Assembly (NCBI GenBank): GCA_037447605.1
Contig: CM074807.1
Coordinates: 2,862,327-2,926,326, forward strand
Direction: 5' to 3'
Origin: Zygnema circumcarinatum SAG 698-1b
Taxonomy: Eukaryota > Plantae > Zygnematophyceae
DNA: 64,000 bases
The position numbers were made by a program, and so were the translations under genes. Shown piece by piece: positions 48,501 to 58,721 of the stretch. Positions within the stretch are counted from its first letter, which is position 1; every line of letters begins with the position of its first letter. Below the pieces are notes generated by a model. The model was not told the origin of the DNA, did not search any database, and saw only the letters and a list, made by a program, of their open reading frames with translations.

Positions 48501-51358
48501 TGTTGCCCCATTAGAAATTATAATATAAATGGTTGCACGCAGTTTAGCAAACCTATGGCCATTTATTTGAATCTGTGACTAATCTTCAGCTAGTAGAGTT
48601 TTTGTTACTTCTGCATTTCCTAGATGAATGTCGTACCCAGAATGAACTTGTTTCCTTAACCGATAAATTGAAGCTGCACTTCCATACAGTTACTTGCCCG
48701 CAAATTTTGAAACACTTGATTGTCGCAATTCTTGGAAATCAAATTGTAAGCCTGTTGATGCCTGACTTTTGGGATGACAAGTTTGGCTTGAGGCTGGCGG
48801 GGAACTATTGCTTTCTCAGGTGGCAATGTTATTCCCAGAACCATTTTGGGGAGATGACCTCGACACATTCGGTAGGCTGGCGACGAACCCAGAGAAGCGG
48901 GGAGAGTTCTTTCTTTTCTACAGTTATTATCCTGTGGCGGGAGGAGCCCTATTGCTGGGCTTAGTGGCTGGAGAGGCAGCTCATCGCTTTGAGGAGATGA
49001 AACCGGAGGAGACGGTAGAGAGAGTCATGGCAGTGTTGCGTGGTGAGGTCACTGCGCTTTGCTACTTTCGCGGCTCACTCTAGTTGAGTTGATGCTACTT
49101 ATAGTGTTTTGTTTTTCTAGGATTTCGGGAACGGTCAGTCCATTTCTTTACTTTTCCCTAAGTAGGACAATGGGAGGGATTAGGTGTATATTCTCCCAAA
49201 GCCGTTCAAGTGAGTTTTTCTATACGGCTGATTCCACTTGAGTTGAAAAGCACTATAAGTCTATGGATTTTCTATGGCTGTAGACCACAAGTAAAAGCAG
49301 TCCTGCCGTGCAGCTGGACGCAATGAAACTGGGTGACTTCTGTGCCCTTCACTTGCTTTACAGGAGGCACGACAGCAAAACTGAGTCGCAGTGTATGCGT
49401 TTGAATGTTTTGCAGGCATCTACAGCAAGCAAGGGGTGGTGGTGCCTTACCCAATGATCACGCAGTGCACTCGATGGAAGTCTGACCCGCTTGCAGGTGG
49501 CTCGTACTCGTACGTCAAAGTCGGAGCCTCTGGTGACGACTATGACATCCTCGCTGCCGATGTGAATGGGCGTCTTTTCTTTGCGGGAGAGGTGAGTTCA
49601 GAGTCTAAACCACCCCTTTGTATGGAGTTCTCAAAATGTTAAAATCCACCCAAGGAAGTTTCTGCCAGGGTTCGAGCCTATCTGTCTATCTTAGCCTGTT
49701 TAGAGTATTTAATAGAGCGACGAATGCAACGGTGGTTTTATCATTTGAAGGATTGTGGAAATTCTCCTTTTGTGAATTGTGGGGTGTTTCCCTTGTTTTG
49801 TAAGTCGTGGGATACCTGTTCAGTTGTTGGGTACTTGATCCGTCGACCTAAAAAAAATCCTAGCATTTTCTGAAACTGTTCGCAAACTACTAAAGCATAG
49901 ATGTTAGCAAAAAAAAAAAAAAATGTAGCATACGTGCCGAACATGTATTGGACCTGAAACCATTTGGTTGCGTCTCAGAAACTTTTGATAGATATAGATA
50001 AAGAGGGAAGCAGAGAGGAGGCTGAGATTAAAGGGAGAGAAAATAATCAGAGAGCGAGCGGGCGAGAGAGAGAGAGAGAGAGATTATGAATAGAGCACAC
50101 CTGTTGATGGTTGCAGGCGACAACCCGCCGCCACCCTGCCACCATGCACGGAGCCTTCCTTAGTGGACTCCGCGAAGCCGGAAAGATTGCAGAGGTTGCA
50201 GCCGAGCGAGCAGAGCCCTTGAGCAGGCGGACGGCGCAGCAGAGGATGGGCCCCCTCCTATGCGCCGCGGCTCTGAAAGAAATTTTTGAGGAGCCCGATG
50301 TGGAATTTGGGGCCTTCGCTGCCGTGCATGACCCGCGCTCCGCCAGCCCAGAGGCTCCGTGTCTTTTGCGGGTGAACATCCTCAGAGAGAGTGAGCGGCA
50401 GGGGCAGAGAGGCAATGCAGGGCACCATGGGCATGGCATGCAGAAAGGCTCAGAATTGCCGGGACAAGCAGCAAGCTTGAAGCTGCCAGAAGGGTCAAGG
50501 AGTCTGGGAGCGTCGTCCCATGCACTGCAGCAGCCTGCGCAACCTCCACGGGGTATGTTTCTCGGATCCGGAAGGAGGTCGATGATGTCACTATTGCAGA
50601 TGCAGGAGAAGAAGGCGTCTCAAGTGAGGTTGGGAGCCTCTGGGCAAGGTTCGGACTATGGGGGCTCGTTGGGTGGGCAGTCAGTGAGAGTGGGAGGGTC
50701 ACAGACTGGGGCGTCTCAGGCAACAGCTACGGCCCATCCAGTCAGGCATTGGAAGAAACAGGAGCAGGGAGCGTCTCAGGAAGCACTGCAGTTGTATGCG
50801 ATTGTATCGAGGACAGAGGTAGAGCAGCTAACAGAGGTGAAGGGCGGAGATCTTCAACGAATTTTCTTTCTGAGCGAGCAACTTGGGGTGAAGCTCGTGG
50901 GTCGTCGTGGCCTTGGGATGGAATGTGATGAGCTAGTGGCAGCCATTAAGTGGGCGAGAGTTTCCAAACGAAAGACACAGCAGAAGCTCAATATGAAATC
51001 CCTTCTGCCCCCCCCCAAGCCAGGCAAGGCAGCCGGATCAGTCGGGAAGGGGAGGAAGGACCTAGTCAAGGGGGCAGCTGGCAAGGGAGGAGAAGCGGGG
51101 CCACTGCGGCCGCAGACGGCCAATGCAGCCATAAGCACTACGGCACTGACTGCGACAAAATGGGCCGCAAAGGGAGTGAGAGCGGGGCGGGAGAAAGGGC
51201 TGGTGATGCAAAACTGGAGCACAGGATCAGCGTGGGAGCCAAACTCATACATGCAGAGGATGAATCCACCTTTTGAGCAGCTTCAGGAGGGCAGAGCGAG
51301 TGTCAGCCAACAGAATGTCAGTAATGAACGCGATAGACCCCATGTCATACAACTGTGA
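45536..51358 (+). CDS. FLD: LSD1-like lysine-specific histone demethylase (FLD/LDL family): SWIRM plus amine oxidase
   Basis: SWIRM (GFPPDSLMEEEIEAG, RNYILSVW, GYINFGVAPAI) and FAD-binding (VIIVGAGLSGLAAARQL, EGRQRAGGRVYT, DLGGSVITG) motifs. Also WHMANLEYANA, WDQDDPYEMSGDHCFL, GFGLLNKV, FAGE|ATTRRHPATMHGAFLSGLREA, and the C-terminal LGVKLVGRRGLG. Confidence 0.93.
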
Positions 51359-52299
51359 TATGGTGAGGCATATGTAGCAGGTTACCTTACGGGCTCTTCC
51401 CATATATAAGGGATGTACCGCCATTCATTTTTCGAGTACAATTAACTGTACCTTTCCATTTTTTTTGTTACTTGATTCTGTCGCAGCTCATCTTGGCACC
51501 CTTCGTGCTCCTATGCGCGTGAATGCCTCTTCTTTTGTACCTTTTGCCTTGCCCTTCCGGATTTATTGATGCAATTTGTTATGCTGAAATGCCTTTTCTT
51601 TCTCGCAGAGGATTTCAAATCCTTCGCCTCTTCCTTTTGGTAGCTGCTGCGTGTCAAAGCTAGTCACTGAAATGTTGGCACGTGGGAGATCAGGATCTAT
51701 GCTGAACAAAGCCACGGACGTGAGACGACGCCGTCAAACGGCACACATCGAAATGTGAATGTTGGGCACATTCGCGCACACGTTGAAATAAGGGAAAAAG
51801 GGTCGCACCTTATTTAAAAATAGTGGAGGACGGTGTACAAGACAAAGTAGGAGAGCGAAAGTCACTCGCCTCAACCCTCAAGACTGCCTCTACATTTCCT
51901 TGAGCTACTTGATAGTTCATCACAAGATCAACGCCAGGTGGATCTTGCCTTCGTGTAGACCCATACAAATGGAACTAGTCCTTATGACATTATCGTGCCT
52001 TGAAAAAGACACTTTTGAGGCGTTCACTCAACTAAACGATAATAACTGAGTTTTAAGTCTGACCATTTCGCAAATTGCTCACACCGCAACGGGCGTTCTG
52101 CAATTCAAAAAATCCGTTTGAAGTCTCTAACAGACAAAACCACTGAGATCAAGATGATCTCGAACAAGGGACCGAACAAAAGCATGCTTATTAGACACCC
52201 CAACTCTCCCACGTTTCCCATGCCACACACCACACGCTACTGCCCACCCATTCGTGGACCCTTATTTCCCCTCTCGTCAGCCAGCCACCTTAATCTGAC

Positions 52300-52563
52300 C
52301 CCCCACCCCCCCACCCCTCCCCTCCTCCCACTCCCTCCTCCCTCCCCTCCTCCCTCCCTCCCTCCCTCCCTCCCTCCCTCCTCTTTCTCCCTTCCTCCTC
52401 CCCACATCACCCCTCCTCCCCTCCCCCTCCCCCCAACCCCTCTCCCTCCCTCCCCTCCTCCTCCCTCCCTCCCCTCCTCCCTCCCCTCCTCCTTCCTCTC
52501 CCTCCCCTCCTCCTCTCCTTCCCCTCCCCCACCCTCCTTCTCCTCCTGCCCCCTCCCCCTCCC
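52300..52563 (+). repeat. Polypyrimidine (C/T) low-complexity tract, G-rich on the sense strand of the minus-strand gene's 3' UTR
   Basis: Directly visible; begins immediately after the TAG at 52564-52566. Confidence 0.9.
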
Positions 52564-53872
52564 CTATTGGGTCGCCACTGGCAGTGGCAGAGTGCGTCCC
52601 CCAAAGGCCGAGTAGCGGCAGTCGGGCGCGAGCGCGTCCGAGGAGCGGTAGTCCTCCGCGGCGCCGTCCAGGAAGCCCTCCCACCCCTCGCCGTCCGCCG
52701 CGACCACGCGCCGCCTCGCGCGGGCCAGCGCTTGGAACCGCGCGTTGCGGCCCTCGCGGCCCTCGCGGTAGGTCTGCCCTAACACTCCGTGAACATCGGG
52801 CGTGGCCTGCACACAGGACAAAGGGCAAAAGGTACATAATACTAAGATGAAATCACCAAAACGCAAAGAAAAACAGAATGAAGATAGAAAGAAAGAGGGG
52901 GACAAAGCGGGGGCCTTAACGCTTTCAAAAGAAGCCGACCTGGTGGGCACGTTGGACATGAGAAGCAGCAGCCATTCATCCATTCATTCATCACTCATTC
53001 ACCTTCAGCCAGTTGAACCCAGCGTTGATGTGGACCATGGCGTCACCGGGCGGCTGCAGCGATCTGAGCGCCATGCGGAGGTCCACGCTCAGATCCACCA
53101 AGCCGTCGATGCGCACATTGTACCGATCCGTGTCGTACGCTCCTTTCTTGCTCGCAGTGGCGGTGAAGTTGAGAGTGAGCCCTCCGGGAAGACTCCTCTC
53201 CTCCCCCGCCTGCATGCGCCTCAGCTTCCTCCCATCGACTATGGCAAACCCTAAAAACCCGGCACCGCGGCCCCTCTTCCTCCCCTCCCTCGCCGCGAGC
53301 CGGAGCGAGTGCTGCTCGCCGCCGTCCGCCATCCACAGAATGCCGAGCTCGCGGATCCATGTGCGCAGCACCGTTCCGTTGATCTTGACGGCGGCGTTGG
53401 TCCGTGTGCGGTAGCCGGCCATGCGCATGTTGACATGCAGCCGGCGGTCCGTGACTAGACAGAAGCTCGCGTTGGGGGCGCCGCTGAAGTCGAATTTCAT
53501 TCCCTGCGCGCCGAGGAAGTGCGGGTCGCCGGTCACGTTACCGCACTTGCTGCCCACGCTCGAGCGGTAGGTGCCGCACGCGGGGCCGGTGGGGCCGGGG
53601 TAGAGAAAGCAGTACCCGCCCGAGGTCCTGCACAATAGAAGAGGGTGGTGGTCAAGGGAGTAATATGAGAGAGAGAGAGAGCGAGAGAGAGAAAGAGAAA
53701 GAGAGAGAGAGAAAGAGAGAGAGAGGGAGAGAGGGGGAGAGGGGGAGAGGGGGAGAGGGGGAGAGAGGGAGAGAGGGAGAGAGGGAGAGAGGGAGAGAGG
53801 GAGAGAGAGGAGAGAGGGAGAGAGGAGAGAGGGAGAGAGGGAGAGAGGGAGAGAGGGAGAGAGGGAGAGAGG

Positions 53873-53907
<35 letters not shown>

Positions 53908-54459
53908 AGGGGAGGGGGGAAGCGTGAAGGAGATGGGGAGGAATTATTGCAAGTCCGTTCGAAGGAGTAGATTGAAAATTTAAGCGCTAGAGGGGGGTGA
54001 AGGCCTCAGGCGGGCGGGCGGGCGGCGACCTGTGGACCCATTGCCAGATGCTGCAGGAGGTGCGGTTGGAGCAGCGCTGGCAGCAGGCCATGGCGGAGGG
54101 CTGAGGCGTCACGTTGATCCGCACTCCCCCCGAGGAGATCGTGCCCTCAAAGTTGCAGTCGTCCAGAACGCAGCCGGGCGGAAGACGGGCCACCTGCAAG
54201 GGAAGAGGGAGGAAGGCGGAGGCAGGATTAGGGTTCTGGGATGTAAGAAAAGCATGGAGGCGGCAGGGGGGGGGATCGAGGCGAGGCGGATTACGGCGTA
54301 GTTGCCGACGAGGCCGCCGGAGCGGCACGAGCGGCAGCCATGGCTGGGGAGGTAGTCGGGGCACTGCGCGTTCACGGAGAGGGGAGAAATGGCCGCCATG
54401 GATGCCATGGCGAGCAGGAGGAGAGCGGGGGAGACGCGCCGGGACGAAGGTGGGGCCAT
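52564..54459 (-). CDS. Secreted protein: signal peptide, Cys-rich PAN/apple domain and root-cap/LEA-related (VWD-like) domain, about 398 aa
   Basis: Exons 54459-54295, 54193-54030, 53627-53003 and 52806-52564 join in frame (1197 nt). Features: hydrophobic leader ALLLLAMASMAA, PAN-like CCQRCSNRTSCSIWQW...YCFL, and GDPHFLGAQGMKFDFSG, FCLVTD, WIRELG, VHGVLGQTY, DYRSSDALAPDCRYS. Confidence 0.85.
53665..53915 (+). repeat. (GA)/(GAGAGG) polypurine microsatellite inside an intron
   Basis: Directly visible. Confidence 0.95.
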
Positions 54460-54817
54460 GGCGGCGAGAGAGGGGAGGCGGGAGGGATTGAGGGAAAAGA
54501 GTGAGGGAGGGCCACAAAATAGCGTCAAAACGGAGGCGGGAGGGCCCGACCGTACACAATGTCGGTGCGTTCGGACAAGACGAAAGGTGTCAGCGAATTT
54601 CTGGGTTTTTCGAAGAGGACAGGGTCACAGGCTCACTGGGGCCGCGGGTCGCGGCTAGGGGTGGAGGCGCGGTCCCGGCCTGTTCGTGCCCCGGGGCACG
54701 TGGCCCACGTGGCCCGTGGCCTCCCCCCTCCTGGAAGGGGGGCATGCCCGGGGCTTGTGCCCCTGTTCGTGCCCGTGACATGACCACATAGAACAGGTAA
54801 AGTCGGATCAATTACAG

Positions 54818-55875
54818 TAGGGCGTGTCAGACTTAAAAAGTTCTCGTAATACTAAAAACTCGATATTCGTAACATTTCGAGTCAACGTCAGTAAAACTAA
54901 AATTCCCGAGCCTAGTTTTTCGCACTCGCGGCGCGGTCCTGTTCGCACTCCGCGATCGCCGTCTTCGCACTTCTCCAAACGCCGTGCAACTTCGCCCTCG
55001 CGCGGGGCCCTCAGACTTAGGGTGGGGGTCCATCAGCGTTTGCCTGTACCGCCACATCGGATTAGAGTCATGAAGGGAGAATTGCGGGTTCCATCAGAGG
55101 TCGCGCGAGCCAATCAGCGGACGCCACGCTGCGGCGCACGATTGGCCACGCCAGGGCGGCTGTGCGCCAGCGTGGCCGCCGTACCCCCGTGGCATCTCGA
55201 ACGGATCTTCAACGCCACGCGGCGGCGCACGATTGGAAAACTCAGGCGTACTTTCCCAAAACTCACTTCAGAGGGTATGTTCTGTGCACCGGCTGCGTTC
55301 TGGGGAACTACGCCTGTACCTCCACGTCGGGCCTAGTCGGTCCTAGTCGGCGCCACGACGGCGCCACATCATCCTCCAAAACTACGCCTGTACCTCCACG
55401 TCGGCGAAAAAACGCTGATGGACCCCCACCCTTAGGGGTGGGGGTCCATCAGCGTCCATCAGCGTCCATCAGCGTCCATCAGCGTCCATCAGCGTCATTA
55501 GAAACAGCGCCGGCGCGGCGCGCGGAGACCGCTTGTCGTTGTGTCGTGTTGCGCGTCACGGGCGGGCGCGGGCGCGGGCGGGAAGCCGGGAAAACAACCA
55601 TGACGTCACGTTGACGCGATTCTCGCCAGTATTTTCTTCGCACGTCCATTTCGGCGCCTCTTTTGGGTGCGAACAAAATCGTGCGAAGAAATGCAATTTC
55701 AGTAAACCCCACGGGTCAATCTTCGCAACGTTGACTCGTTGACTTAGTACAGTTGACTTCCGTTCGGTTCGGTTTAGGTTCGGGGGCGCGATGATTTTTA
55801 GTACTTAGTAACCTCGATTCTCGTAATACTAAAAACTCGATATTCGTAACATTTTGTTAAGTCTGACACGCCCTA
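54818..55875. mobile_element. Non-autonomous DNA transposon (MITE) with 19-bp TIR TAGGGCGTGTCAGACTTAA
   Basis: Perfect inverted 19-mers at 54818-54836 and 55857-55875. The terminal TA may be a TSD; no 8-bp TSD is present. A subterminal 37-bp direct repeat sits inside both ends. Confidence 0.85.
55020..55431. mobile_element. Nested PIF/Harbinger (Tourist-like) MITE
   Basis: Perfect 22-bp TIR GGGTGGGGGTCCATCAGCGTTT and TTA target-site duplication (55017-55019 and 55432-55434). Confidence 0.9.
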
Positions 55876-56377
55876 GTACGGAGAAATGTGCGAAAACTAT
55901 GAACGGTACGAACAAAAGTAAGGAAAGTGCAAGCAGTACGGACTGTTCGCATCCACATGCGAGTTCCGTCTCAGCAGTCGCCGTCCCGGCCATCGCCGTG
56001 ACGTGACGTTGTACGCTGACGTAGTGGGGCACGGTCGAGTGGCACAGGTTTCCGAGTTTTCCGTGCCCCGGCCATGCCCCCCCCCCCCCCCCGGGGCATG
56101 ACCCCCCCGCTCAGGGCATGCCCGGGCTGGCCCCCGTGCCTCCAACCTTGTCGCGGCTTTTCAACAGCTAGCCGTACGAACCCGCGGACCAGATCGACTA
56201 GTTAGCGGGCGCCACGTGGAGTAGTAGACGTGATCGAGGGCNNNNNNNNNNNNNNNNNNNNNNNNNNNNNNNNNNNNNNNNNNNNNNNNNNNNNNNNNNN
56301 NNNNNNNNNNNNNNNNNNNNNNNNNNNNNNNNNNNNNNNNNCTTGTGGCGAATATGAAAGGCCACATCGAGGCTGCT

Positions 56378-56425
56378 TTGACTTGACTTGACTTGCTATG
56401 ACTTGACTTGACTTGACTTGCTTTG
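56378..56425 (+). repeat. (TTGAC)n pentamer repeat next to an assembly gap
   Basis: Directly visible; a 100-N gap lies at 56242-56341. Confidence 0.85.
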
Positions 56426-57499
56426 ACCTCCGGATCAAGCTGCACGCGGAGAAAAATAATAGTTGAATCTATGCAAAAAAGGGATAAAAAGATGGCATTG
56501 AAGGTTTCATGGCGTTCAGTTACTTCTTCGCGGGTTATTTTAAAAATCGGGTCAGGTTCTTGTTTCGAAAGATATTTTAAGCAAGGGACTCTTTTTTTTT
56601 TTTTTTTTGTTTTTTAGTTATTGCTCACCTGAGGTTACGACACATCCTCCAATTTGACCACCACATCGTCCAAACGGCAGCGGTCAAAATTTCAGTGTAT
56701 CTGTTCTGCCCCGGAGCAGAGAGAGAGAGAGAGAGGGGGGGAGGAGAAAGGAGAGAGGAGAGTAAAGATGGGAGAGAGGGAGAGCGAGGGAAAGAGAGAG
56801 GCCGAAGGAGTACAGCGAGAGAAGAAAGTAAATTCCAATTCTTCTCCGCAGTCTCTTTAATTTTCTCTTCAAAAAACAGACGATGTCAAAAACCTGAAAC
56901 CACTTAATCCAGTTCTTTTATACTTTGATAATAACTAACTGCCAGCAAAACGGTGAGGAGGAGTAAAGTAAAGCAAATGGTGAACTGCTAAGCCAAAAAA
57001 AAGGAAACGTTTGGGGTCTCAAAAGTAAATAAATTTCCTTTGCTAAGTTTTACGGCCCAGGGAGTCCGTCAAATTCAGAGTTGTTTATATATTCTGTCTC
57101 TGTTATCTACTTTTACTTTAAATCCTTCTGCTTTTTTTTTTCTTGATTGTATCATTTTATCATAACCTTCTTCTTGCCATTATCTTACCTTTTCTTACAT
57201 TGGAGCAAGCCTCTACACTCAGCACCGCGAGCCAAGCTGTAAGGCTCTGAGGGTAAATCAAACAAAAAACAGAAAGCAGCCTAAATACTATCAGCTGTGC
57301 GATTCCACGTTCTGACGCTCCCCCTCCATGGCGCTGGAGCCGCTCCGTGCCTCCTGGAGTTCGCTCCGCACCGGCGGGAAGCTCAGCCTGAGGGGCCGCC
57401 ATGGAAAACGGGACTGTCCGTACCGAAACCTCCCTCCCTCGCAGTCCGAAGCTTCCGCGCCCCTTCGTGCCTCCAATAATCGGTACTAAGCTAACTCGC

Positions 57500-57601
57500 A
57501 GCCGCGCGGCCTATCGCCGCGCGCCACGTGTCTAAACTACGCTTATCAATTCTAAGCAGACTGCAGCGGTGGCGCGGCCTATCGTCGCCCTCCACGTGTC
57601 C
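57500..57601. promoter_or_regulatory. Duplicated GCGCGGCCTATCG...CCACGTGTC module (G-box/ABRE-like)
   Basis: Two roughly 30-bp imperfect direct repeats, each ending in CCACGTGTC. Function is inferred only. Confidence 0.35.
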
Positions 57602-57689
57602 TATTCAGACCGCCCCTGTTCCCACTACGTTTACCCTGTTGGACACCTAAAAACAAAAGCTGACTTAAGGGCTTTGGCCTGTTCAGTAC

Positions 57690-58536
57690 TAGGGATGGCC
57701 CGCGTTATAAATTCCGAATATATTATATAATTTACAACGGGTTTAAAATTAGTAATATATTACAAACTAAAACACTTTATTACATATATTATACCCACTC
57801 GTTTTGAACAATTAACGACCGTACAACCGTACTCGTACGTCCGTACGGTCGTACCATACCATTATTAGGTCGTTTTTGCGTTGGCGTTGCGAAATGCGTC
57901 CGTCTGGTTCACTGTCTGCTCGTGCTCGGGCCGCATAATACCGTACAGTCGTACGACCGTACATGTTGTAAAGGCGTTGTAAATTAATATATATCAGCCG
58001 TTATCTAGTCGTCACAGTTGTATAATATAATATATAATATATAGTCGTAACTAATCAGAGAAAATGATGTTTGATTGAACTCACGATGGCAAGGCCATCA
58101 AATGTACATGGAGAAAATCGACATAAGGAACCAAAAGAAGCGGTCACAATGGACATAAGGACCAAGAGAAAGCCTTGAAACGGAAATCAACTTCTAGGCG
58201 CAACAACACGGCACTAGAAGCAGCCGCGAAGGTCGCCAATGTGGGGCGCNNNNNNNNNNAAATAGAGGCGATAGGGGCAGGAGCCTCGCGCAACTCCCGA
58301 AAAATCTCCTCACGTGCAACACTGTTGAAGGCGTTCGTCACATCAACCTGCAAAACCACCCAATCCGGATGAAGGTCAAGCGTCGCTCGAATACCATGAA
58401 CGACCGCCTCGCAAACCCCAGGGGTGACGACACCAAACTGATAAGGGGAAAAATGATCCTAAAAAGCCCCCTGCAACTGCAAACACATAGCACGGGCAAC
58501 CACACGATACAAGACCTCCCCCCTAATCCATCCCTA
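57690..58536. mobile_element. Non-autonomous hAT element carrying a LINE RT fragment
   Basis: 9-bp TIR TAGGGATGG/CCATCCCTA (Ac-like TAGGGATG) and a perfect 8-bp TSD TTCAGTAC (57682-57689 and 58537-58544). Clustered CGTAC subterminal motifs at about 57829-57962. Confidence 0.85.
58260..58520 (-). pseudogene. Decayed non-LTR retrotransposon reverse-transcriptase fragment
   Basis: The minus strand reads GEVLYRVVARAMCLQLQGAF*DHFSPYQFGVVTPGVCEAVVHGIRATLDLHPDWVVLQVDVTNAFNSVAREEI. These are RT domain 2-3 motifs with an in-frame stop. Confidence 0.85.
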
Positions 58537-58721
58537 TTCAGTACCCGTGTACATTATCGGCGCTCGCCATCAAATGGTACGGTAAAATCAATCAGGCGGT
58601 AGTGCCGGCGGCAAGACGGACTCTCTCGGCGGCTTGCAGGAGCGGGGCGCAAGCAGGAAGGCCACAGAGAGCGAGAGAGGGAGAGAGAGAGAGAGATGGA
58701 GGGAGAGAGGGAGAGAGAGAG

